Below are positions 26,575-35,759 of a stretch of DNA of 64,000 nt, piece by piece. Under the pieces are notes generated by a model that had not been told where the DNA came from, did not search any database, and saw only the letters and a list, made by a program, of their open reading frames with translations. Both the position numbers and the translations under genes were made by a program. Origin of the DNA: Candidatus Binatia bacterium (lineage in GTDB: Bacteria > Desulfobacterota > Binatia > UBA9968); the NCBI GenBank assembly GCA_036000865.1, contig DASYUV010000002.1:4431-68430 (forward strand), given 5' to 3'. Numbering within the stretch: the stretch's first letter is position 1; the number at the start of each line of letters is the position of its first letter.

Positions 26575-27564
26575 ATGGCGTATCGTTTGGCGCTTGCGAT
26601 TCTAAGCTTCTTAACCCTTTTCGCGGCGAATTCGCCTGCGAGGGCTCAAGAAAAACTCCGGCTCGCCTGGGCCGGCTTTAGCCCGACCAATAGCGCTATC
26701 TGGGTCATCGAAGATCGCAAGCTCATGCAAAAACAGGGAGTCCAGCCGGAAATCATCGCCATCAGTGCCAGCCCGACCGTGCTCCAGGCACTGCTGGCGA
26801 ACGAAATCGACGCCGCCAGTATTTCAGTGACGACACTTACCAGCTCGCGCCTCGCCGGCGCCGATACGGTGATGATCGTCGGCGTGGTTCCGACATTCGT
26901 CGACCACATCGTTTCATTGTCGAATGTTACTGCAGTCGAGCAGCTCAAGGGCAAAACGGCTGGGGTCAACCGCTTAGGCAGCACGTCTGACCTAGGATTA
27001 CGGCTAGCGCTAAGAAAACTTGGCGTTGACCCGGAAAAGGATGTAAAGATCATCCCCACAGGCGGCACCGCAGAAAGATTTGCGGCGCTTTCAAAAGGCA
27101 TAACTCAGTTCACGATCATCCCGGAACCCTTCTTGACCCAGGCGGAAAAACTCGGCTTCCGAAATCTTTACAACATCAGCGACCTCAAGATTCCATTCTG
27201 GTGGAATGGTATCCTGAGCCGGGAAGCAATCATCAAGAGCAAACGGCCGTTGATACAAAAACTCACCCGCGCAATGGTTGAAGCGATCCACATCATCAAG
27301 ACCGAGAAGGAATACGCAAAATCGCTTATCAAAAAGAATCTAGGAGTGGCTGATCCGGAAGGTCTCGAAAGAGCGTACAAGGACTACTCGAATGCCTTTC
27401 CGGAAGTTCCCTATCCAACCCCGGACGGGGTCAAAACCATGCTCGATGACTTGGCGCGCGCAAATCCCAAGGCCGCGAGTGCGGATCCGAGAACCTATGT
27501 CGACCTCAGTCTCGTCGCCGAGCTGGAAAAATCGGGATTTATTAAACAATTATACCGCAAGTGA
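26575..27564 (+). CDS. NMT1/THI5-like ABC substrate-binding protein (nitrate/sulfonate/bicarbonate type), orphan
   Basis: Signal peptide MAYRLALAILSFLTLFAANSPARA. The C-terminal ELEKSGFIKQLYRK is shared with three paralogs in the window. Confidence 0.85.
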   Translation: MAYRLALAILSFLTLFAANSPARAQEKLRLAWAGFSPTNSAIWVIEDRKLMQKQGVQPEIIAISASPTVLQALLANEIDAASISVTTLTSSRLAGADTVMIVGVVPTFVDHIVSLSNVTAVEQLKGKTAGVNRLGSTSDLGLRLALRKLGVDPEKDVKIIPTGGTAERFAALSKGITQFTIIPEPFLTQAEKLGFRNLYNISDLKIPFWWNGILSREAIIKSKRPLIQKLTRAMVEAIHIIKTEKEYAKSLIKKNLGVADPEGLERAYKDYSNAFPEVPYPTPDGVKTMLDDLARANPKAASADPRTYVDLSLVAELEKSGFIKQLYRK

Positions 27565-27573
27565 AGGTAAGGG

Positions 27574-27660
27574 GCCGAGAATGGCCGATCGAGAATGGAG
27601 GATCGAAAGTGCTGAGTAAAGCTAAACCGAGGATAGAGGATTGAAGATCGAGGATGGATA
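27574..27660. repeat. Family C repeat, GA-rich arm (left arm flanking the four-helix-bundle gene)
   Basis: gccgagaatgg..gatcgagaatggaggatcg...ccgaggatagaggattgaagatcgaggatgg. It is complementary in word content to the CT-rich arm at 28105-28140. Confidence 0.7.
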
Positions 27661-27673
27661 ATCCGCGAAGCGC

Positions 27674-28063
27674 TCACTGCCGACTGGCTGAGCGACAGAA
27701 GTCATCCGAGCGCTGGATCATACGATTGAGCATTGCACCGACCTTTTGCCAAGAATCGTCCAGAGAACGATATTGATTTCGGTCCAGATAGCCACAATCA
27801 AATGCGTGATCGAGCCACGCTTGCGTCTCCATTGCCTCACCTAACGCCTCGTCGATCTTGTTGATAAACGCCGCTGGATATCTTCGTCGAGCCCATGCTT
27901 CGGCGATCATTGCGTTGACGGCGCGCGACGAGCGGCGTATCTGATCCGTTAAAGAGAACCTTTCTTCCGGCGGAAAGCTCTTGGAGAACACGAAGATATT
28001 TCTTGCCTGTTCGCGAGCCAACTTATAAACCCCCAAGTCTCGGAAGCTCCTTATTTCGGCCAT
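27674..28063 (-). CDS. Four-helix-bundle protein (23S rRNA intervening-sequence protein family)
   Basis: 129 aa. MAEIRSFRDLGVYKLAREQARNIFVFSKSFPPEERFSLTDQIRRSSRAVNAMIAEAW... is the characteristic TIGR02436/PF05635-type sequence. Confidence 0.85.
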   Translation of the reverse strand: MAEIRSFRDLGVYKLAREQARNIFVFSKSFPPEERFSLTDQIRRSSRAVNAMIAEAWARRRYPAAFINKIDEALGEAMETQAWLDHAFDCGYLDRNQYRSLDDSWQKVGAMLNRMIQRSDDFCRSASRQ

Positions 28064-28104
28064 CGTGATTTGTCCCCTCCTAATACGCTGCAGCTCAGTG
28101 TCTT

Positions 28105-28140
28105 ACTCGATCCTCTATCCTCTATTCTCAATCCTCGACC
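28105..28140. repeat. Family C repeat, CT-rich arm (right arm flanking the four-helix-bundle gene)
   Basis: actcgatcctctatcctctattctcaatcctcgacc. Confidence 0.7.
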
Positions 28141-28234
28141 CGTTAATTCGAGTTTGGATTTTTTCTCCTGTTACGATAAGTGAAGATTTTCCAATCTCAC
28201 TTTACAATCAGTGAAGTCAAGGGAGGCAATACCC

Positions 28235-29068
28235 ATGGCAGACATAGTCTTGAAAGACGAGCACGAGCTACTACGACCCGGGCTCGGTCGTCTCAAAGGC
28301 AGAGTGGCGATTATCACCGGAGCCAATAGCGGCATCGGCCGCGCCACCGCGCGGCTGTTCGCGCGCGAAGGCGCCAAGGTCGTTTGCTGCGACATTCAAG
28401 AAACCATCTCACCGCGGATCGACCACCTCATTAAGGATAAAGAAGGCGGAGAAGCGGTCTTTGCCACCATCGACGTCATCAAGCAGGAGGACTGCGACCG
28501 CATGGTCAAAACGGCGCTCGACAACTTCGGTGACGTCGATATTCTGTACAACAACGCCGGCGCCGGCATTCGCAAGAAGCTGCACGAGCATACAGACGAG
28601 GAATGGAACTTCGTCCTGAATACCAATTTGAATGCGATGTTTCGCGGCGCGCGCGCGGTGCTGCCCCACTTCATCAAGAAACAAAGCGGCAACATCATCA
28701 CCACCGCCTCGACCTTTGGGCTGTTAGCCTCTCCGGAATATCCCGGTTACTGCGCGACAAAAGCGGCGATCATTAACTTAACTCGCGAGATGGCGCTCGA
28801 CTACGGCCCGCTCGGAATCAGAATCAACTGCGTCTGCCCCGGCGCCATCGAAACGCCGCGCTTCAGGGGTTTTCCGCCGCGGGCGACTTTAGGCGAAGGC
28901 ATGACGGAAGAGCAACGAAAAACCATGGGTGGGACCAACAAGGCGCTGCTGCGCATGGGACGCCCAGAAGAGATCGCCTACGGCGTGTTGTTCTTAGTTT
29001 CGGACGAAGCGTCGTTCGTGACGGGACACGCGTTGGTCGTCGACGGCGGACAGACGATCGATGCGTAG
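28235..29068 (+). CDS. SDR family oxidoreductase
   Basis: TGANSGIGRA, NNAG and YCATK motifs. ATG 28235 has GGGAGG 8 nt upstream. The ORF track starts at GTG 28211. Confidence 0.9.
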   Translation: MADIVLKDEHELLRPGLGRLKGRVAIITGANSGIGRATARLFAREGAKVVCCDIQETISPRIDHLIKDKEGGEAVFATIDVIKQEDCDRMVKTALDNFGDVDILYNNAGAGIRKKLHEHTDEEWNFVLNTNLNAMFRGARAVLPHFIKKQSGNIITTASTFGLLASPEYPGYCATKAAIINLTREMALDYGPLGIRINCVCPGAIETPRFRGFPPRATLGEGMTEEQRKTMGGTNKALLRMGRPEEIAYGVLFLVSDEASFVTGHALVVDGGQTIDA

Positions 29069-29085
29069 CGCCGCGGCGCGGAATA

Positions 29086-29150
29086 ACCGAGGATGGAAGA
29101 TAGAGGATGGAGAATCGCGATCTTCTATCCTCTATCCTCTATTCTCGACC
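29086..29150. repeat. Family C repeat, copy 4 (closed ~30-bp-stem hairpin)
   Basis: ccgaggatggaagatagaggatggagaatcgc / gcgatcttctatcctctatcctctattctcg. Confidence 0.8.
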
Positions 29151-29179
29151 ATCTTCGCCAGCGCGATTCACTACTCCAG

Positions 29180-30262
29180 TTATTTTCGGACGACGTACCA
29201 ATTGTTCTGTATGTCGTGCGCGAGCTCGTGCTTCTCGATCGACCTAAAACCCGCCTTGGCGAGGTATTCGCGCGTTTTCTCTTCTCCCCACATCGCTCCC
29301 AGCCCTTCACCGCCCTGCGCTAACGACACGGTCATGCAGTGCATGCATGAAACAGTATAGAGAAAAGTGCCCAGTGGATGATCAAGATTCTTGTGCACGT
29401 CGCTCGATCCCTTGATGTCCTGCATGAGGTAAACGCCGTCGCGGCGCAAAGTGCGATGTATACCCTTGAGGACATTCAAAGGTTTGGCTTGGTCGTGGAT
29501 AGCGTCAAAAGTCGTGACCAAATCGTAGGCATCTATTTCGGCGGTTTCGGCGAAATTGCTCAGGTCGGCAACGATGAATTCGACGTTACGCAACTTCTTC
29601 GCAGAAGCCCCCCGCCAAGCGGATAAAATCGCTTCGCTCGACAAATCCATACCGGTAAAGCGGCTTTTTGGATAAAGCTCGGCAAGTCGGTTGATAATCC
29701 GTCCACTGCCGCAGCCGACATCGAGCATATGAATCCCCGAACTGAGTTTGTCACCTAAGTTGGGCACCAGCAGCACGATGTGCGATTCGAGCGAAGAAAG
29801 TACCGACTGTCCGCTGTCCTCAGCCATGACTTCATGGAAACGCGGAAAATTGGCATATGGGACGCCACCGCCCTTTTTGAAGCACTCGACAATCTCGTCT
29901 TCAACACTGGCGAGAAGCGGAATGTACTGCGCGAACACACCGATGTTGTCAGCCTCGGCGGCGCGGGTGAGAAAAGCTGCATGCTCCGCGGGCAAGGAAA
30001 ACTGACCTGTCGAGGGATCGACATCAACAATTCGACCGGTGACCATCGCGCCGAGCCATTCGCGCACGTAACGTTCATTGAGTTTAGCCTTCGCCGCAAT
30101 ACCAGCAGACGTCGCGGGGGCTAAATCGCGCATGGTGTCGAACAAGCCGGTCCGGTGACCGATGGAAATCATCAAACACAGCGCGCCATGGTTGAGCGTA
30201 GCTAACAATCGCTCGGCGAAGGCGCCAGCTTTATCCGAGTCAAAAGGCGATTCAACAGCCAT
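29180..30262 (-). CDS. Class I SAM-dependent methyltransferase with N-terminal winged-helix domain (Rv2258c-like)
   Basis: SAM motif I MLDVGCGSGRI. The N-terminal ~150 aa is wHTH-like. ATG 30262 has GGAGGG 8 nt upstream. Confidence 0.85.
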   Translation of the reverse strand: MAVESPFDSDKAGAFAERLLATLNHGALCLMISIGHRTGLFDTMRDLAPATSAGIAAKAKLNERYVREWLGAMVTGRIVDVDPSTGQFSLPAEHAAFLTRAAEADNIGVFAQYIPLLASVEDEIVECFKKGGGVPYANFPRFHEVMAEDSGQSVLSSLESHIVLLVPNLGDKLSSGIHMLDVGCGSGRIINRLAELYPKSRFTGMDLSSEAILSAWRGASAKKLRNVEFIVADLSNFAETAEIDAYDLVTTFDAIHDQAKPLNVLKGIHRTLRRDGVYLMQDIKGSSDVHKNLDHPLGTFLYTVSCMHCMTVSLAQGGEGLGAMWGEEKTREYLAKAGFRSIEKHELAHDIQNNWYVVRK

Positions 30263-30400
30263 TCTCTGTCCCTCCGAATCAAATGACGTGCGCTGCTTAG
30301 CCGAATACACGTCTCACTTCTGTTTCGACTTCTTCGTGGGCACGATTCCGACATAGCCGGCCGTGCGCGCTGCGGGATCAAACGTCGACTCTGCCATCAG

Positions 30401-30432
30401 TCCATCACTCCAAGACTCCAGTACTCCATCAC
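30401..30432 (-). repeat. ACTCC/GGAGU short-word repeat
   Basis: tccatcactccaagactccagtactccatcac, the same word family as 19808-19840. Confidence 0.45.
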
Positions 30433-30450
30433 GCCAAATATTTTCTTTGT

Positions 30451-31092
30451 TCACTCCCAGCTTGGGAAATTCCCTTCGCCCGCCAACTGCTTCATCCGTT
30501 CGTCAAGCTGTCGCATGTAACTTCGCCGATCGCCCGTCCAGGGCAAGGGTTCGCCGACGAACACATCACAGAAAAAAGGCACCAATATCGTCTCGCCTTT
30601 AGGCAACGCCTTGCCTAGCCCGTGTAGAAACACCGGAATTACGGGAACCGTTGGGTTGCTCTCGGCCAACCGCGCGATGCCGCCTTTAAAGCTCTGCATC
30701 TGCTCCGGCTCGCCTCGGCTGCCCTCAGGAAAAACAATGAGCACTTGGCCATCGGCGAGAGCTTGATTGCACGGTGCCAGCGGATTATCGTCACCTCGCG
30801 AAACGGTTCGTTTGATCGGCAAAATACCCACTACTCTCAGAGTGAACCATGAAAATAGCCGGGAGGTCATGAAATAATCCACCGCAGCGACCGGGTGAAC
30901 CTTCGGCAGGAATCTGAGCGGAAACAGGCTCATTAACACCATCGTGTCGAGGTGACTGTTGTGGTTGGCGACGATGATCGCAGGTCCTAATTTAGGAAGT
31001 CGCTCTCGATGGCGCACGTTCAGACCGAGAATGATCAGCACAATCAAGCGAATGAACGCCCCGTAGAACAAGAAGCGCAGGAACGAATTCAT
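30451..31092 (-). CDS. Lysophospholipid (1-acyl-sn-glycerol-3-phosphate) acyltransferase, PlsC family
   Basis: HX4D motif NHNSHLD and the FPEGSRG motif. Confidence 0.85.
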   Translation of the reverse strand: MNSFLRFLFYGAFIRLIVLIILGLNVRHRERLPKLGPAIIVANHNSHLDTMVLMSLFPLRFLPKVHPVAAVDYFMTSRLFSWFTLRVVGILPIKRTVSRGDDNPLAPCNQALADGQVLIVFPEGSRGEPEQMQSFKGGIARLAESNPTVPVIPVFLHGLGKALPKGETILVPFFCDVFVGEPLPWTGDRRSYMRQLDERMKQLAGEGNFPSWE

Positions 31093-31093
31093 C

Positions 31094-32035
31094 TCAGTAG
31101 TAGAGATAATAAATGAAATGAAAAAATAGCGGCGCGGTGTAAGTCAAGCTATCGATCCGATCGAGGATGCCGCCATGCCCTGGCAATATGCTGCCGCTGT
31201 CCTTGAGACCGATGTCACGTTTCAAAGCCGAGATCGTCACGTCGCCGATGAAACCGGCGTTGCTGATCAACAAGCCGGCCGCTATCGCAACCATCCAAGT
31301 CATCGGCGTAAGCCACTCTGCGAGCAGTACCGAAAGCAATGTGGTCGTCACCATGCCGCCGAGAAAACCTTCCCAGGTCTTGTTCGGACTCACTTTGGGA
31401 ATGATTCTTTTTCGGCCCAACATTTTTCCCCAGACGTATTGCGCCACGTCGTTGAACTCGGTCAGAAAAACCAGAAACAGGACCAAGCCGGCGCCTCGCG
31501 CGCTTGGATTGTTGGCCTCCGGTAAGACCAAAAGATAAGCGATGTGGCTGATCCCGAACACCATCGTCATGATGCCCCAATGAAGCGTTCCCGCCGCGCG
31601 CAGAAATTCCTTGGTCTCACCGATGATGACCATGCGCATCGGTAGTAAGAGAAACACGTACACGGGAATGAAGATGATAAACATTCCATACCAGGCTTGA
31701 GCGACCCAGTAATACTGCACAGGGATCGATAGATACGCCCAGAACAGCACGCGCCTGTCGGCGCGCCGCGTCGGCACAATCGAAAGATACTCTTTGAGAG
31801 CCAAAAAACTGACGAACGCGAAGAAAGCCACCGAGACGTTGCGGCTCATGATGATGACGAGAGTGAATATAGAAACGATGAGCCACCAGGAGCGGATTCG
31901 TTGAACCAACTCGGTGCGATCCTTCTCAGGTGCGCGCCAACGCAGCATCGTGACCCAGGCCGATGCAACGACGAGAATGGCATAGAGACCGCCGAGCGAC
32001 CATAAAACACGCGAGCTGACTTGAAACTGAATCAC
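31094..32035 (-). CDS. cdsA: Phosphatidate cytidylyltransferase (CDP-diglyceride synthase)
   Basis: CTP_transf_1 C-terminal signature (SALKRDIGLKDSGSILPGHGGILDRIDS). The preferred GTG at 32035 forms a GTGA overlap with the upstream stop. The ORF-track start at 32158 would overlap by 127 nt. Confidence 0.85.
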   Translation of the reverse strand: MIQFQVSSRVLWSLGGLYAILVVASAWVTMLRWRAPEKDRTELVQRIRSWWLIVSIFTLVIIMSRNVSVAFFAFVSFLALKEYLSIVPTRRADRRVLFWAYLSIPVQYYWVAQAWYGMFIIFIPVYVFLLLPMRMVIIGETKEFLRAAGTLHWGIMTMVFGISHIAYLLVLPEANNPSARGAGLVLFLVFLTEFNDVAQYVWGKMLGRKRIIPKVSPNKTWEGFLGGMVTTTLLSVLLAEWLTPMTWMVAIAAGLLISNAGFIGDVTISALKRDIGLKDSGSILPGHGGILDRIDSLTYTAPLFFHFIYYLYY

Positions 32036-32637
32036 CCAACCTCCGCCAGTGCGCGCCGCGCACGATTGACGATCGTCACAAGCAACAGACCAAGGGTAAT
32101 CAACAAAATGGCATCGACCCAGTACACCGGTTGGATGCCGATGCCCAAGAGCAAGCACAGCAAGCCGAATGCGAACGCCCGGTCGCTCTTGCCCATCGGC
32201 CCGTCATAGCGCCGCTGCGCGCCGATCTGTACCGCGATCACGCCGGTCATTTCGCTGACGATGGCTAGTATGGTAATTGCGACGATGTAGATCGAATTGA
32301 CTCCCGGAACCAGCCCTAGCGGCAAGTATAGTGCCGTATCCGATAGCACGTCGCCAAGCTCGTTCAAGATCGCGCCAAGCGAACTCTTCATTCCGTACTC
32401 GCGCGCCAACATGCCGTCGATGGCGTTGAGCGCCATGCGAACGAACAGCACCAGCGGCATCAACAACAGCGGCCACTTTTCTGCGGGAAACAAAGCAATC
32501 AACGCGCCGACGATGAATGATAGGACTAGCGCTGTAACCGTCACGTGGTTGGCCGTGACTCCGGCTTCGGCTAGGGACTTGACCAACGGTCGCAGGAGAG
32601 CTTGGAAGCGTGGTTTGAGGTCATAGATGGAGGGCAT
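32032..32637 (-). CDS. CDP-alcohol phosphatidyltransferase family protein
   Basis: Family motif DG..AR...........G..LD...D is present (DGMLAREYGMKSSLGAILNELGDVLSD). Confidence 0.8.
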   Translation of the reverse strand: MPSIYDLKPRFQALLRPLVKSLAEAGVTANHVTVTALVLSFIVGALIALFPAEKWPLLLMPLVLFVRMALNAIDGMLAREYGMKSSLGAILNELGDVLSDTALYLPLGLVPGVNSIYIVAITILAIVSEMTGVIAVQIGAQRRYDGPMGKSDRAFAFGLLCLLLGIGIQPVYWVDAILLITLGLLLVTIVNRARRALAEVG

Positions 32638-32651
32638 TTGGCAACGCAACG

Positions 32652-33073
32652 CTATGCTGGCGACCAGAGCAATCCTATGAGTTCTCCGACACTTTTGACC
32701 AGCTGGCCGCGACCATGACCCAAGTAAAGTCCAAACTGAGCAATCAGCGAGTACGCGATGGCGAATTGGGCGACTGCATATCCCGCAATCGTAAACTGTG
32801 AAATGCTGACCAAACCCACACCAAACTGTGAGAAACCAAACCGCCGCAGGCGAATTGGCCGATGGCGATGATGCCCTTCGCCGAAACTGGCACGCGGTTC
32901 GGCCGATATTTGAACGATATATGCAGCAGCGGCCAACTTAAAAATGCCAGCTTCGACTTGTATTCAAAGCCGAAACCGTCCCACTTTTCGCGCGCCGGAA
33001 ATGGCGTACCACAGTGGGGACAGGCCATCGCCTGTTCGGAAATCTCACGCCGGCATTCTCGACAAGCTTTCAT
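32652..33073 (-). pseudogene. Zinc-ribbon membrane protein with (A/S)xxQF(A/G)xG repeats, frameshifted near 32828-32845
   Basis: MKACRECRREISEQAMACPHCG...GIIAIGQFACGG is in one frame. It continues as SQFGVGLVSISQFTIAGYAVAQFAIAYSLIAQFGLY in another. The shift lies in the GGTTTGGTTTC tract. ATG 33073 has GGGAGGG upstream. Confidence 0.6.
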
Positions 33074-33119
33074 TTGCCCTCCCACTAGAGATACGAGAGC
33101 TGGTTCCAGCCTTTCGTCC

Positions 33120-33947
33120 TCACCTGGTCGCGAGGAGATACTGTCGCGCGAAAACAGCGATCGAATCGGCAAGATCGATTGCCATTCGATCCAACTTCGC
33201 ACGCGCTCGCAGATTGCTCCCGATCTCCAATTGAATCGCATCGATCAGAGTGCCGCGATGACTACCGTAGGTTCGCGTAGTGTAACCGCCGGTATAGCGC
33301 TGCTCTCGTGCCTCGCCGGCGCCATTTGGAATAACTTTGTAACCTTTCAATGCCAGCTGCCCAACAATGCTTTTTGCTCCGGTAAGCGCTTCGTTGCCAA
33401 ACTTTTGCTGTAATGACGAGACACTTCTGCCGTTGTCCGTGCCGCGAAAAATAGTATCAGCCTCGGCGCCCTGCCCATGAATATCGAGCAACAAACCGCC
33501 CATCCAGCGCTGACGCACACGCTCAGAGGCGTCTTCGAGCGCCCGGTGATAGGCCTCGTAATAAGCCTTCGCCGCCGCGGACTCATAGGCCGCGGCGTGC
33601 GGCCGATTGGCATCGACATACTTTCGCTCGAAACGGGCGACAATCAGAAACGGCTTGGCATCCAATCGATCGCCGAGTGCACGGCCAATCGCTTCGGCAA
33701 GTTCGGCAGTGTTGCTGTCTCGTTCTGTAGTGAATTGCGGCACGCCGATGCCACGCCGGACCGGTACTCCCGGGATCGACTCGCGGCCGCCGTGAGGTGC
33801 GGAGAGAATAATCGGCAACATCCCCGCCCAGACGGTCAGCAGCTTCGCCGGTCCTTGCTCCTCCTGCGCAGAGAGGAGTCCATGGAGAAGAACGCCGATC
33901 GCGACCAGACCGACCTTCGCCAAGGCGCTCGTTCGAAAATTGCGCAT
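33120..33947 (-). CDS. N-formylglutamate amidohydrolase-family protein with signal peptide
   Basis: FGase-family blocks (ILSAPHGGRE, ERDSNTAELA, RKYVDANR, LLDIHGQ). Starting at M66 (33947) gives the signal peptide MRNFRTSALAKVGLVAIGVLLHGLLSA. Confidence 0.7.
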   Translation of the reverse strand: MRNFRTSALAKVGLVAIGVLLHGLLSAQEEQGPAKLLTVWAGMLPIILSAPHGGRESIPGVPVRRGIGVPQFTTERDSNTAELAEAIGRALGDRLDAKPFLIVARFERKYVDANRPHAAAYESAAAKAYYEAYHRALEDASERVRQRWMGGLLLDIHGQGAEADTIFRGTDNGRSVSSLQQKFGNEALTGAKSIVGQLALKGYKVIPNGAGEAREQRYTGGYTTRTYGSHRGTLIDAIQLEIGSNLRARAKLDRMAIDLADSIAVFARQYLLATR

Positions 33948-33996
33948 GTGATGCATCAAGAGCGAAAGCACAAAATCAAACTGTGTCGGCTTTCCA

Positions 33997-34842
33997 TCAA
34001 CCAGATTCCGGCGGCCCGAGTTGCTCGATGACATATCCCTCTGGATAACTGGGGTGGCGCATTTCGGAGCGCAGCCGAGGATGACGACGGGACGGTAACA
34101 AACCACCAAGCGCGCCACGGAGACGCAGCACTCGAGGCACAACGTAGCGCATAAAGCGCGACGGTCGTGAAAAACCGAAAGCCTCGATCAGGGAAGCGTC
34201 CAGCAGCGAATAAATCGTCGAACGTACCAGCGGTGAGAGAAATCGGGGAAACCAACTCACGAACAGCTCTCGGGTGGCGGCGCCGACGCGCCGGTTCGCT
34301 TCCGTGAAGCGATAGTGTTGCCTTTCGTAGTCGCGGTTGAACTGTTCAAACGTCGTGTAATCCGACGGGATGTCTTTGATATTCATGCGCCGACCCACTT
34401 CACACCAAAAGTAAAAGTAGGCGAGCCGTTCGGTCTCGCACATGAGACGCCAGCCGAAACGCGCGTTCCAGCGGATCGGCTCGTAAATAAACGTCGACAA
34501 GACGTAGAGAAAATCTTCGTTCGCGATCGTGAAGCGTCCATGTTGTTGGTTCAGGCGCCGAAGCGCGCGCTTGCCTCGATCGCTATCGTATCCCCACTCC
34601 ATAAGCTCGCTAATTATAATGTCCGTGTCGTCGTACCTTTTTTGAGGCCGTTTTTGAAATTCCCCGGTGCGGTCCAGCAGCGCCGCAATACTGGGCACGC
34701 AAAAAGTCCGAAACAGCGCGAACTCTAATGCTCGCGTCGTATCAAACGGAAAGTCGTAGCACGAGGAGAGAAAAACGATGCGTTGGTGGTCCTTGTCGGG
34801 ATCAAGCTGTTGAATGGCGTGGTAAACGGCGTAGCGAGACAT
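33997..34842 (-). CDS. MpaB/DUF2236-family oxygenase-like protein
   Basis: The pattern LFRTFCVPSIAALL...YDDTDIIISELMEWG...ALRRLNQQHG...FLYVLSTFI matches DUF2236. Confidence 0.7.
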   Translation of the reverse strand: MSRYAVYHAIQQLDPDKDHQRIVFLSSCYDFPFDTTRALEFALFRTFCVPSIAALLDRTGEFQKRPQKRYDDTDIIISELMEWGYDSDRGKRALRRLNQQHGRFTIANEDFLYVLSTFIYEPIRWNARFGWRLMCETERLAYFYFWCEVGRRMNIKDIPSDYTTFEQFNRDYERQHYRFTEANRRVGAATRELFVSWFPRFLSPLVRSTIYSLLDASLIEAFGFSRPSRFMRYVVPRVLRLRGALGGLLPSRRHPRLRSEMRHPSYPEGYVIEQLGPPESG

Positions 34843-34888
34843 GTTGCGGATAATTGGCCCTGGCGCGGCAATAAGACTTAACGCAGCA

Positions 34889-35656
34889 TTATTTCGGCTC
34901 TGGTGCCTTCGCTGTGAGCTTCTTTAGAAACTCCGGCGGAAAAGGCTCGGCTTGGAGCTCCCTTGCCTGTTTCACCTTGACCCAAGCTTCCGAGTATCTC
35001 TCTTGATCGTACAACGACATGGCCCACTCGCGCCAGCTTGGCGCGTATTTCGGATTGAGTTCCAAGCTCTCGGTAAAACGATTATTGGCAACCACGAAGT
35101 GATGGGCGCGATCCAACTGCTTATCGGCTGGCAGCCGCGCGGCATATTCCGAGTGAAGGGTACCCAGATCGCATAGGAGCGCGACCCGCTGGTTCGAATC
35201 GTCGATCAGCTCGCGGGCTGATTCCAGCTGTTCGATAGCGTCGGCCAATTTTCCTCTTTCGCTGAGCACTGCGCCAAAACCCCAATAGACGCTATAGTTC
35301 TTGGGATTCAGCAGCCACGCTTGATTGAAACGTTGCATTGCCACATCGCCTTGCTTTGCTCGGATCGCCGCCCAGCCTTGCGTCGCGAGCGCGTTGCTGG
35401 CAGCCTGCCGGCTACCATATCTGAGTGTCGTATCGCGGATAAACGCCTCGTCCGCATGCTTGAGATTATCCGGTCGCGCGATCTTTGGCTGGCCAAACAT
35501 CGGCAGCATCTCCGAGCCATCGCTCTGCCCGTGCGCTGAATTACTCGCGATCAAAAGAGCGATCACCAAACACGTCAAGCCTAAACGTATCTTCCGTGAC
35601 GCTTGCCCGTCAATTCGTAAACCAGAACTTACTTTCATCAATAAAAATCTACCCAT
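34889..35656 (-). CDS. Tetratricopeptide-repeat protein, secreted
   Basis: Signal-anchor LTCLVIALLIASNSAHG followed by several TPR-like helices (AMQRFNQAWLLNPKNYSVYWGFGAVL, etc.). Confidence 0.7.
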   Translation of the reverse strand: MGRFLLMKVSSGLRIDGQASRKIRLGLTCLVIALLIASNSAHGQSDGSEMLPMFGQPKIARPDNLKHADEAFIRDTTLRYGSRQAASNALATQGWAAIRAKQGDVAMQRFNQAWLLNPKNYSVYWGFGAVLSERGKLADAIEQLESARELIDDSNQRVALLCDLGTLHSEYAARLPADKQLDRAHHFVVANNRFTESLELNPKYAPSWREWAMSLYDQERYSEAWVKVKQARELQAEPFPPEFLKKLTAKAPEPK

Positions 35657-35759
35657 GACGCATCATAACACGGGATTTTTCCCAGTGCCCCAATTGTTAC
35701 CTTGACACTTCAAAAGTTCTAGGGCTATTTTGGCAACAAATCAAATCGAGGGAGTTCCA

